Below are positions 16,864 through 26,081 of a DNA stretch of 64,000 nucleotides, piece after piece. The DNA comes from Chitinophagales bacterium. Lineage in GTDB: Bacteria > Bacteroidota > Bacteroidia > Chitinophagales > BACL12. A program made the position numbers and the translations under genes. The notes beneath the pieces are model-generated. The model was not told where the DNA came from, did no database searches, and saw nothing but the letters and a program-made list of their open reading frames with translations. The stretch lies in contig JAIBBA010000002.1 of NCBI GenBank assembly GCA_019694895.1, forward strand, positions 5,303-69,302, given 5' to 3'. Each line of letters opens with the position of its first letter. Position 1 is the stretch's first letter.

Positions 16864-18042
16864 ATGTTCTTCAGCCAGGTCATAGGACAAGATCGCATCA
16901 AACAGCAGCTGATTCGCGCTGTTGAAGAAGGACGGGTGAGCCATGCCCAGTTGTTTTTGGGCCCTGAAGGCTGCGGTAATCTGGCTATGGCACTGGCTTT
17001 TGCTCAGTACATCAATTGCGAAAATCGCCAAACTGGCACTGATTCAAATGGCAAGGTGACAGGCGATTCCTGCGGCAAATGCCCCTCCTGTATCAAGGCG
17101 CAAAAAGTGATCCATCCTGATATTCACTACACTTTTCCCTTCGTCAAAATAGAAGACAAAGAACTATGTGCCGATTGGATGAAGGAATGGCGGGAATTTG
17201 TGTTGCAAACTCCATATGGCACTTATAACGATTGGATAGAAAATATTACTGAAGGCAATAAACAAGGCAATATCACCGCCAAAGAGTGCCTGGAGATTCT
17301 CCGCAAGCTTTCACTCAAGAACTATGAAGGCATTTATAAAGTGCAGATTCTCTGGATGCCTGAGTTTCTCGACAAGGAAGGCAACCGTCTGTTAAAAATG
17401 CTGGAAGAACCGCCTGATAATACGGTTTTCTTACTTGTTGCCAATGACAGCGAACAGATATTGAATACCATTATGTCTAGGGTGCAAATCGTCAAATTTG
17501 CGCGACTTGCTGATGAAGATGTGGCACAAGTTTTGGAGCGGGATCACCAACAGCCTCATAATCAAGCAGTTAAGATAGCTCAGATGGCAGGTGGTAACCT
17601 TCAGGAGGCTATACGTTTGTTAGATATTCACGAGGATGCTAATACCGCAATGATCCGGGAGTGGATGGAAGCTTGCTATCGCCAGCAGGTAAAGCAGTTA
17701 TTCGCGTGGAACGACAAGTTTTTAAAGCTGGGAAGGGAGCAGCAGAAGATGTTTTTTCAATACTGCCTGCACTTTTTCCGCGAGGTAATGCTTATTCAGG
17801 CCGGCGCAGGGCAACTCGCCAAACTCACGGACGCGGAGTTGAAAACTGCCCAGGGATTAGGACAGGTGCTTGGGGTTGAGAAGCTGATGGGTATTATTGA
17901 ATTATTTGACAAAAGTATTTACTTTGTGGAACGGAACGTTAACGGCAAGATCATGATGACGTACGTTTCGGTGACACTGTTAAAGCAGTTTCAAAAGAAC
18001 TATCAGCCAACGCGGCCCTTCTATGATCGGTGGGCCCTTTAA
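16864..18042 (+). CDS. holB: DNA polymerase III delta-prime subunit, 392 aa
   Basis: GRVSHAQLFLGPEGCGNLAMALAFAQYINC, a zinc module CGKCPSCIKAQ, and an SRC-like MSRVQIV. Confidence 0.88.
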   Translation: MFFSQVIGQDRIKQQLIRAVEEGRVSHAQLFLGPEGCGNLAMALAFAQYINCENRQTGTDSNGKVTGDSCGKCPSCIKAQKVIHPDIHYTFPFVKIEDKELCADWMKEWREFVLQTPYGTYNDWIENITEGNKQGNITAKECLEILRKLSLKNYEGIYKVQILWMPEFLDKEGNRLLKMLEEPPDNTVFLLVANDSEQILNTIMSRVQIVKFARLADEDVAQVLERDHQQPHNQAVKIAQMAGGNLQEAIRLLDIHEDANTAMIREWMEACYRQQVKQLFAWNDKFLKLGREQQKMFFQYCLHFFREVMLIQAGAGQLAKLTDAELKTAQGLGQVLGVEKLMGIIELFDKSIYFVERNVNGKIMMTYVSVTLLKQFQKNYQPTRPFYDRWAL

Positions 18043-18053
18043 AATATATTACT

Positions 18054-19418
18054 ATGAGTTGTGCAGGATGTGCTGTGGGCACGGATAAAAGCTCCCCGGC
18101 CGGTTGTAAAAGCAACGGGCACTGCGCTACGGGAGGATGCAATAAACTGAATACTTTCGATTGGCTCCGCGCTATGCCGGTACCTGTTTCACAGCGTTTC
18201 AATATCCATGAAGTAAGTTTTAAAAATGGCGTCCGCAAAGGATTTTATGCCAATAGTAAAGGCATAGATGTGATGACGGGCGACATGGTTTGCGTGGAAA
18301 CAGAAAGCGGTTACGATGTTGGGAGGATTTCACTCAGCGGCGAATTGGTGCGACTACAAATGAAAAAACGTCGTGTTTCGCCTAACAGCACTTTCAGCCC
18401 CATTCTAAGAAAGGCTACCGATGCTGATATGGAGAAAATGATGGAGGGAAGAGCGCTTGAAGGGGCAACCATGCTCAGAGCACGCACCTATGCCCGTGAA
18501 TTGAAACTCGATATGAAAATTGGGGAAGTTGAGTTCCAGGGCGATAAGCGCAAGGCCACATTTTATTATATCGCAGATGATCGCGTCGATTTTCGTGAGC
18601 TCATCAAAATATATGCAAGAGAGTTTCGCGTTAAAATAGAAATGCGACAAATCGGGGCAAGACAGGAAGCCGGAAAAATTGGCGGACTTGGAAGCTGTGG
18701 ACGTGAGTTGTGTTGCTCTACATGGCTAACAGATTTTAAATCGGTGAGCACGCATGCAGCGCGATACCAGAATTTAAGCATCAACCAATCGAAGTTATCC
18801 GGACAATGCGGTCGCCTGAAATGTTGTCTCAACTTTGAGCTTGATACCTATATGGATGCATTGCAGGATTTTCCAAAGCATGCAGATATTTTGCGCACAG
18901 AATTTGGCGATGCGCGATTAGTAAAGACAGATATTTTCAAAAAGCTGATGGTTTATGAATATAATGCCGGAGGCAAGCAATACCCTGTAACACTTGAAAA
19001 AGTACGTGAGGTGTTATCGATGAACAGTAAAGGCCAAAAACCGGAGCATCTCGAAGGGGTAAAATATGAGCAAGAGCCTGCAGTTAAGGAAGTTGAATAT
19101 GCTACAGTTGTAGAACAAGTTAGTTTGCGCACAATTGAAAAAGCGGAACAAAAACGCCGTCAGAAAAATCGTCAGAAAGGTCCGCAGCAACAAAATCAGC
19201 GACGTGACAATCCACCTCAGGGTCGAAGAGATAACAATCAAAATCCCCGTGATCAGCGTCAGCAGGAGCAGAAAGGAAATAATCAACCGCGCCGCGACGG
19301 GAATCAGCAAAAAGGTCCGGGCAACCAGCAGCAAAATCAACAACGCCATCGCGGAAATAATCGCCCCCCAAGAGGAAATAATCGCGGCCCGGGAAATGAT
19401 AACAACAATAAATCCTGA
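18054..19418 (+). CDS. PSP1/RicT-family protein with an N-terminal Cys cluster and a roughly 95-aa Q/N/R/G/P-rich tail, 454 aa
   Basis: PSP1 core (DKRKATFYYIADDRVDFRELIKIYAREFRVKIEMRQIGARQEA ... CGRLKCCLNFE). The start was moved to the ATG at 18054 (MSCAGCAVG). Confidence 0.88.
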   Translation: MSCAGCAVGTDKSSPAGCKSNGHCATGGCNKLNTFDWLRAMPVPVSQRFNIHEVSFKNGVRKGFYANSKGIDVMTGDMVCVETESGYDVGRISLSGELVRLQMKKRRVSPNSTFSPILRKATDADMEKMMEGRALEGATMLRARTYARELKLDMKIGEVEFQGDKRKATFYYIADDRVDFRELIKIYAREFRVKIEMRQIGARQEAGKIGGLGSCGRELCCSTWLTDFKSVSTHAARYQNLSINQSKLSGQCGRLKCCLNFELDTYMDALQDFPKHADILRTEFGDARLVKTDIFKKLMVYEYNAGGKQYPVTLEKVREVLSMNSKGQKPEHLEGVKYEQEPAVKEVEYATVVEQVSLRTIEKAEQKRRQKNRQKGPQQQNQRRDNPPQGRRDNNQNPRDQRQQEQKGNNQPRRDGNQQKGPGNQQQNQQRHRGNNRPPRGNNRGPGNDNNNKS

Positions 19419-19420
19419 AG

Positions 19421-19906
19421 GTGAATAATCGCGCCTATAGCATACTATTTTCTGTATTGGTAACATGCTTTGTAGCCGCAGGTTGCGAACAGTCGCGCGT
19501 GTTTGATAAAAATACACCGATCGATAAAAGTGGTTGGGCTTATGGCACGGCACTTAGTTATGAGGTGCAGATCAATGACACTACGCAAAGCTATAATCTC
19601 TATATTAACGTAAGGCATACCGATGCATATCCGTATAATAATATATGGATTAACATGACTACTACTTTCCCCGATGGAACAAAACAAACTACCAAGGTAG
19701 ACGTGCCTCTGTCGGAACCTGAAGGTGAGTGGATGGGAAATTGTGTCGACGGCATTTGTTTTAATACCACATTGATTAAATCGGACTTCTTTTTACCGCA
19801 AAAAGGGAAATATACCTTCACATTGGAGCAAGACATGCGCATGAATCCGGTGCCTGATATTTTGGATGTAGGTATCCGCGTGGAGAAGTTCATGGTGACA
19901 AGATGA
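19421..19906 (+). CDS. gldH: Gliding-motility lipoprotein GldH, 161 aa
   Basis: Lipobox VAAGC, a GldH-like core (YNLYINVRHTDAYPYNNIWINMTTTFPDG) and the conserved holB-PSP1-gldH gene order of Bacteroidota. Confidence 0.75.
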   Translation: MNNRAYSILFSVLVTCFVAAGCEQSRVFDKNTPIDKSGWAYGTALSYEVQINDTTQSYNLYINVRHTDAYPYNNIWINMTTTFPDGTKQTTKVDVPLSEPEGEWMGNCVDGICFNTTLIKSDFFLPQKGKYTFTLEQDMRMNPVPDILDVGIRVEKFMVTR

Positions 19907-19977
19907 TCACATTCGACGGTCGAATTATTATAATCACTTAGTAAATTCCTTATTTTCGTATTTCAAATACTCCCAAC

Positions 19978-22503
19978 ATGCACAGGCAGACACTCATTGC
20001 AATTTTGCTTTCAATTTCATTTGGTATTAGGGCTCAGGCTCCCACCCAACCATATATCATCATGATTACTATGGATGATATGAATGCATATCTGGGTGCT
20101 TACGGAACGCATCCGCAGGTGGAAACGCCAAATCTGGATGCATTGCTGTCGATGGGAACAATTTTTACAAATGCGCATTGTGCTTCACCTAAATGCGCCC
20201 CTTCCAGAACTTCTGTTATCACAGGAAAGGATGTTGATTATACGCAAGTATATGACAACACCTCCTATGCATGTCGCGATTTCCGAAAAAATTTTAAGGT
20301 GGCTTACGGCAATGCTGAAGTATTTACATTACCGGAGTATCTGAAAGATAACGGGAACTATTATACCTACACCATGGGTAAAACCCTGCATTGTTATGAA
20401 GCTTATTCCGATTACGATACCGTGACTTTAGATCCATGCGAAAAACAATTTTCATGGAATAATGCATTTGTGTATGTTGAAGATGAAATCATAGACCCAA
20501 TCGGAGATGCAGAAAATGAAGGCATCTTTTTATTAAAATGGGCACGACTCAATGATACCATGATTGATTATATGGAAGATGATGTTACGGTTGATCATGC
20601 TATTTCTTTCATCAATGATTTTTCAACTTTTGGTACATCAATTACATGCGACAGGCCATTTTTCCTCGCCTTGGGAATTAAAAAACCGCACGCACCTTTT
20701 TATGTGCCGGAGAGTTTTTTCAATGAAAATTATTTAAATAGTGTATATGACGATCCATATGACATTCCATATAATGTTCCTTATAACGCTAATCCATACA
20801 ATGGCATCGTAATGCCTCCTCAACCTGAACCCAGATGGGCTGATTATGATTCATTGGGATATATGGGGCAGTTATTTGCTTCTGATAATGAAGAGGGACA
20901 ATTTGAGGCCTTCGGCGAAAGTTTGCCTTCATTGCCTGAAATTCAAGCAGGTATTTCTGATTCGGAACGCATTGAAATATTAAATGAATCAATGCGCGCA
21001 AATGCTTTGATGGCTTATCTGGCAGGAGTGAAATTCCTTGATTATGAAATTGGTAGATTTTTAGATGCATTGGAATCACATCCTGAAATATATAATAATA
21101 CTGTTATCATCATCACCGCCGATCATGGTTTTAGCCACGGTCAGAAACGCCATTGGGGAAAATTCTCTTTATGGGAACCCGATATGCGTGTGCCTTTGGT
21201 GTATATTGATTTGAGAAATCCGGTTGCACAAACTTGTAATGCATCTGTGAGCAATATGGATATCTTTCCATCGGTATTAGATATGCTGGATATGGCTGAA
21301 CCAACATTTTTATCCGGCGACCGCTATTTAGATGGATATAGTTTCATGCCATTGATCAACAATCCGAATCAACCTTGGGAGCGTCCGGTACTTGCCGGTG
21401 TGCGCACAAAAAATAGCGGAGGCACTTTGAACGATGGCTCATGCTTTACACAGTATTCTTTGCGTAATAATCGATTTCATTATATTAAATATGCCACTAA
21501 TAACGCGCCTCCGCTGCTTACCTGCGATTTCGCTGCTAGTCAAACAGAGGAAGAACTTTATGATGTAGGTGTTAATCGTGAAACGGATCCCAATGAATGG
21601 AATAATCTGGTTGATGATCCGGAATACGCTCCGGTATTGAATTACATGCGTCAATTTATTAAAGACAGCACACATTACAAGGATCGCATGTTTGCAGTTA
21701 ACATAAACAATACAAATACACTGCCTTGCTTTGTGAAAAATACCGGTAAGATTAAATTACAGGCAGCACTTTATGATTTGAATGGAGCATTGTTGACCGG
21801 CGCAGGCTATACTTTCACCTGGACTAATAGTTTAACTGCAGCTACCGTTGCGGGAAAAAATTACACTTTTAATATGGCAACAGTGCCGCCCGCGGTTTAT
21901 GCGGCACATGACCATATCATGTTCTATCTGAAAGTAACTAATACTACTACAGGCGAATTGGTTGCATTTAATACCAGAACATTTTATATTAATAATGCAA
22001 ATACCCCTAATGCGGTTTATTCATTGGTAACAGATAATATCGCACTGACTGCTTCTATTACAGGTTACACCTTAACCGGTAGTTACAATAACACCTATTG
22101 GAATTTCGGCGATGGAACGCAATCGGAGGATTTCCTGCCTGACACTCATTATTATGCAGCACCCGGATTTTATACTGTCAGAAATTATATTCAGTACGGA
22201 AATGGATGTTTGAAAAATGTTGCGCGCAATGCAAATCTCACTCGCGAAGGTGTACCCCAATTGCAATTTGCGCTGTATCCAAATCCGGCAAAACAATCAG
22301 TTACCATTGCATTAAGTGAGGCAATATCAGATGCCGATATCACCGTTTATAATATGCTTGGTCAACCAGTTTATATGCAATCAATAAAAGAAGCAGATAG
22401 GTCATTTACTATCGATATTACCGACATAGCAAACGGCACCTATATGGTTGAGATTAGTACACCACAATTTTATGGTACCAAGACTTTGGAGGTGATAAGG
22501 TAA
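19978..22503 (+). CDS. Secreted sulfatase with a PKD-like domain and T9SS type-A CTD, 841 aa
   Basis: Signal peptide, sulfatase signature CAPSRTSVITGKD (a formylglycine-type Cys), ADHGF, a PKD-like WNFGDGTQSED...GFYTVRNYIQYGNGC, and the CTD LYPNPAKQSVTIAL...GTYMVEISTPQFYGTKTLEVIR. Confidence 0.9.
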   Translation: MHRQTLIAILLSISFGIRAQAPTQPYIIMITMDDMNAYLGAYGTHPQVETPNLDALLSMGTIFTNAHCASPKCAPSRTSVITGKDVDYTQVYDNTSYACRDFRKNFKVAYGNAEVFTLPEYLKDNGNYYTYTMGKTLHCYEAYSDYDTVTLDPCEKQFSWNNAFVYVEDEIIDPIGDAENEGIFLLKWARLNDTMIDYMEDDVTVDHAISFINDFSTFGTSITCDRPFFLALGIKKPHAPFYVPESFFNENYLNSVYDDPYDIPYNVPYNANPYNGIVMPPQPEPRWADYDSLGYMGQLFASDNEEGQFEAFGESLPSLPEIQAGISDSERIEILNESMRANALMAYLAGVKFLDYEIGRFLDALESHPEIYNNTVIIITADHGFSHGQKRHWGKFSLWEPDMRVPLVYIDLRNPVAQTCNASVSNMDIFPSVLDMLDMAEPTFLSGDRYLDGYSFMPLINNPNQPWERPVLAGVRTKNSGGTLNDGSCFTQYSLRNNRFHYIKYATNNAPPLLTCDFAASQTEEELYDVGVNRETDPNEWNNLVDDPEYAPVLNYMRQFIKDSTHYKDRMFAVNINNTNTLPCFVKNTGKIKLQAALYDLNGALLTGAGYTFTWTNSLTAATVAGKNYTFNMATVPPAVYAAHDHIMFYLKVTNTTTGELVAFNTRTFYINNANTPNAVYSLVTDNIALTASITGYTLTGSYNNTYWNFGDGTQSEDFLPDTHYYAAPGFYTVRNYIQYGNGCLKNVARNANLTREGVPQLQFALYPNPAKQSVTIALSEAISDADITVYNMLGQPVYMQSIKEADRSFTIDITDIANGTYMVEISTPQFYGTKTLEVIR

Positions 22504-22506
22504 TTT

Positions 22507-23271
22507 TTACCAGTTTACTTCGAGTAATTGTGGGCAGTGATCACTGTGCTTTGCTTCGGGTATGATGCGAGCACCTGCTAGTTGTTTTTTAAGTGATTCC
22601 GAAACAGCAATGTAATCGATGCGCCAGCCTTTATTATTTGCTCGTGCATTTGCCCGAAAACTCCACCAGGTATATTGATGTGGCTCTGAATTGAATTGTC
22701 GAAAACTGTCGACAAATCCATTTTCATAGAATTTATCCATCCAGGCACGTTCCTCTGGCAGAAATCCTGAAGATTCTTTGTTGCCTTTAGGGTCATGAAT
22801 GTCGATTGGCTTGTTTGCAATATTGTAATCGCCACAAACGATCAGCTTTCTTCCCTTTTTGTTTAAGGCGATAAGGTAGTCGTAGATATAATCTAGAAAC
22901 TGATATTTTACTTGCTGACGAACATCGCCTGTGGTGCCGGATGGGAAGTAAATAGAGAAAACGCTCTTATCACCAAAATCAGCTCTTATCACGCGACCTT
23001 CTGCATCATATGCGCTGTTGCCGCATCCAATTTCTACGTGATCAGGTTTTACCTTGCTGAGAATGGCAACCCCACTATACCCCTTCTTTTGGGCCGGATG
23101 CCAGTAGTGATGATAACCCAGATTGTCGAAAATGCTCAAATCCAACTGTCCGGGCTCGGCTTTCAGTTCCTGGAGGCAAATGATGTCAAATCCCTCCTTC
23201 TGCACCCATTCGGCCCATCCCTTTGTCAGCGCCGCTCTGATACCATTCACGTTGTAGGTAATGATTTTCAT
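22507..23271 (-). CDS. xth: Exodeoxyribonuclease III, 254 aa
   Basis: MKIITYNVNGIRAA, CLQELK, GDYNIA and the C-terminal SDHCP. The start was moved to the ATG at 23271. Confidence 0.93.
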   Translation of the reverse strand: MKIITYNVNGIRAALTKGWAEWVQKEGFDIICLQELKAEPGQLDLSIFDNLGYHHYWHPAQKKGYSGVAILSKVKPDHVEIGCGNSAYDAEGRVIRADFGDKSVFSIYFPSGTTGDVRQQVKYQFLDYIYDYLIALNKKGRKLIVCGDYNIANKPIDIHDPKGNKESSGFLPEERAWMDKFYENGFVDSFRQFNSEPHQYTWWSFRANARANNKGWRIDYIAVSESLKKQLAGARIIPEAKHSDHCPQLLEVNW

Positions 23272-23454
23272 GATCATAGTTATCGTCCAAAGGTAATATT
23301 GCCAATTGATTGATAATAACTGCAAGCGCTCGAGTTTGCAGCTTTTCGTAACTTTAACTTCCGTTTGCTTTGCAAAATAACTTGTTAAAATATTATTTCA
23401 ACGCCCATTTTATGGGAAACTTATCGGAAGCTCCCCTAAAAGTTCAAAATACCC

Positions 23455-25995
23455 ATGCATAAAACGTTAAAATCTTTTTTCACATGTTCTCTCTTTTTGC
23501 TCTTGGGTTGGCGAACGGGATCTGCACAACTCGATCAGCCAAATTTTATTTTTATAGTTGTTGATGATTTGAATGATTATGTGCAAGGTATTACCGATCA
23601 GCCACAGGTGCTCACGCCAAATATTCAGGAGCTTGCGAATAGAGGCATGCTTTTTTCAAATGCATATGCTAATTCGCCGGGATGCGCTCCTTCGCGAACA
23701 AGTTTTTTAAGCGGGAAGGATATCCAATATACAGGTGTATATAATAATGAGGATTATGCCTCTAAATTCAGAGAGAATTTTTCTGTTGCCAATGGAAATG
23801 AAATAGTTTATTCGCTGCCTCAGATATTAAAAGATAGTGCAGGATATTTTACTTATGGAATCAATAAAATTTTCCATAATCCGAATAATAACGATTTTGA
23901 TAAAACTATAGCAACGCCGGCATGTGATAAGACCTTGTCGTGGAATCGCATGGATTTTATTGAAGATTCCGATTCCTTGCTGGAAGCATTATCTGTTTAT
24001 GGCTTTGGCAATACATTTGATTGGGGTATGATACCAGATAGCCTTGAACCTTTACTCGAAGACTATATCGGAACAAATCTTGCTATTAACTTCATTGATT
24101 CCGTAGCAACCGGAACTGCAGAAACCTGCGGCGCTCCTTTTTTTATGGCTTTGGGATATTATAAGCCACACATCGAGCGGTTTATCCCGGAAAAATATTT
24201 TCCTGATTATTATTTAAATGATGTGTATGCCGAGCCCTTTGTTTTACCTTATAATAATCCTGTAGATGCCTATCCATACAACGGAATTGTAATGCCGGTT
24301 CAACCCGATTTGTTATACGGCGATTACTATAATTTACCGGAAGGTGGAATTGCACGTGCAATGGCTGATAATGGCGGAGTCTATGATCAGATAGAAACCT
24401 ATGTTACAGGTCTGGATCCTCTCCCTGTTATCGATGACCTGCTGACAGATGAGGATAGAATGAATATCCTGCGCACTGCAACAGCTGCCAATTATGAAAT
24501 AAATTATATCGCTGCAATTCAATATATCGATGCACAACTTGGCAGATTGATGGATGCATTGGAGGCTTATCCTGCAATATATGATAATACTATCGTGGTA
24601 TTATTAAGCGATAATGGCTATTCTCTCGGCGAAAAACGCCATTGGACAAAATGGACATTATGGGAACCGGATCTTCGTGTGCCAATGATCATTGCCGACC
24701 CTAGTCGCGAAGGTGGCGAAGTGGTTGAACAGACGGTTTCATTATTAGACTTATTTCCTACAGTATGCGATTTTGCGCATGTGAACTACCCTACTTTTCC
24801 TGATGGTTCTAAATATCTCGATGGGCATAGTATTGCTATGTTGCTCGATGAACCAAATCTTAAATATGAGTATCCAAGTTTATCGTCCTATAAAAAGAAC
24901 GGCGGTATCGGTTCATGCTATCCGCATCATTCTGTAAGAAATGAACGCTGGCATTATATCCGATATCGTGAAAATAATGATGGCACTTTTGCCACCGGAT
25001 TCTGTGATTCGATAAATCACAGCTATCAACAGGAATTATATGAAATAGGTATCGACAGAGAAACAGATCCCTATGAATGGAATAATCTGGCAGAAGATCC
25101 TGATTATGCACCGGTAATCAATTTTCTGGAGCAGTGGATGCCGGATAGTGTTTATTATTTAAAAAAGGCTTTCAGAGTAACCATGCAGCATGATGCTATC
25201 GACTGTCTTCTCGACCCTGAAGGCTCAGTGCATCTTTCTGCTTCTGTGTTTGATACGGCAGGAATTTTATTTGATCTTCCCGATACTATGCAGTTGAGAT
25301 GGTATACCAATAAATCGCCTGAATATACTTATGGTCAGGTAGTGGATATTGATTTAACTACAATTCCGGATGGTGCTTTTGATATCGATGCCGAGCTCAT
25401 CATTTATGTTGAACTGATAGGTGCCGATAGTAATATCATTCAAGGTTTCGACCTGCAATATTTCTATGCCGATCCTATACATGCTCCTGAGGCAACTTAT
25501 GATGTTGCCTATATTGATGCTTTGACAATTGCCGTAACAGGCTATACCCTTACAGGAACATATTATACTTCTTGGTGGGATTTTGGCGATGGCACTACTT
25601 CGCCGGCAACGGACCCTATCACCCACGTTTACCCCGATGAAGGGCCGTATACCCTCACCAATTTCGTGAGTTATGGCAATGACACCTGTGTTGCTGCATT
25701 CAGCAAGGAGATATCCTTCACAACAGATACTTCAGACCCTGAAATTCAACTATTCTGCTATCCAAATCCGGTTGATGATTTGCTAAGGATCTACCTTCCG
25801 GTGCAATCTGCATACACGGCTGTAGACGTATTTGACCTGGCCGGGCGACCTGTGCTTTCGCAGCGGTTTATTACAGCTAATACCTTGTTATTCATATCGT
25901 TGGATTGCAGTAAGCTCACGAATGGGATGTATATTGTAAGCCTGAACACCGATCAGGGCAGGTACTCAGCCCCGGTAGTTGTAATGCATCCATGA
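23455..25995 (+). CDS. Secreted sulfatase paralog with a PKD-like domain and T9SS type-A CTD, 846 aa
   Basis: It has the same architecture as 19978-22503 and is colinear with it: GCAPSRTSFLSGKD, SDNGYSLGEKRHWTKWTLWEPDLRVP, WWDFGDGTTSP, and the CTD CYPNPVDDLLRIYL...GMYIVSLNTDQGRYSAPVVVMHP. Confidence 0.9.
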   Translation: MHKTLKSFFTCSLFLLLGWRTGSAQLDQPNFIFIVVDDLNDYVQGITDQPQVLTPNIQELANRGMLFSNAYANSPGCAPSRTSFLSGKDIQYTGVYNNEDYASKFRENFSVANGNEIVYSLPQILKDSAGYFTYGINKIFHNPNNNDFDKTIATPACDKTLSWNRMDFIEDSDSLLEALSVYGFGNTFDWGMIPDSLEPLLEDYIGTNLAINFIDSVATGTAETCGAPFFMALGYYKPHIERFIPEKYFPDYYLNDVYAEPFVLPYNNPVDAYPYNGIVMPVQPDLLYGDYYNLPEGGIARAMADNGGVYDQIETYVTGLDPLPVIDDLLTDEDRMNILRTATAANYEINYIAAIQYIDAQLGRLMDALEAYPAIYDNTIVVLLSDNGYSLGEKRHWTKWTLWEPDLRVPMIIADPSREGGEVVEQTVSLLDLFPTVCDFAHVNYPTFPDGSKYLDGHSIAMLLDEPNLKYEYPSLSSYKKNGGIGSCYPHHSVRNERWHYIRYRENNDGTFATGFCDSINHSYQQELYEIGIDRETDPYEWNNLAEDPDYAPVINFLEQWMPDSVYYLKKAFRVTMQHDAIDCLLDPEGSVHLSASVFDTAGILFDLPDTMQLRWYTNKSPEYTYGQVVDIDLTTIPDGAFDIDAELIIYVELIGADSNIIQGFDLQYFYADPIHAPEATYDVAYIDALTIAVTGYTLTGTYYTSWWDFGDGTTSPATDPITHVYPDEGPYTLTNFVSYGNDTCVAAFSKEISFTTDTSDPEIQLFCYPNPVDDLLRIYLPVQSAYTAVDVFDLAGRPVLSQRFITANTLLFISLDCSKLTNGMYIVSLNTDQGRYSAPVVVMHP

Positions 25996-26081
25996 CAGAA
26001 TAGTTACATAGTTGTAATGTTAATGTTGTGTGGAATACTAAAGTTTGCTACTTTTGGGTTAAGTTAGCCGAAATCCAACGT

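Noticed and set aside
19014-19553. A 179-aa antisense ORF (plus 19120-19371 and 19135-19428) over the 3' end of the PSP1 gene.
   Set aside because: It is a mirror image of the low-complexity Q/N/R codon tract. The PSP1 frame is continuous with a conserved domain, and the antisense product is featureless hydrophobic or low-complexity sequence.
19978-25995. Considered whether the duplicated sulfatases mark a mobile or horizontally acquired island.
   Set aside because: There is no transposase, integrase, tRNA attachment site or flanking direct or inverted repeats. The paralogs are substantially diverged, which fits an old duplication.
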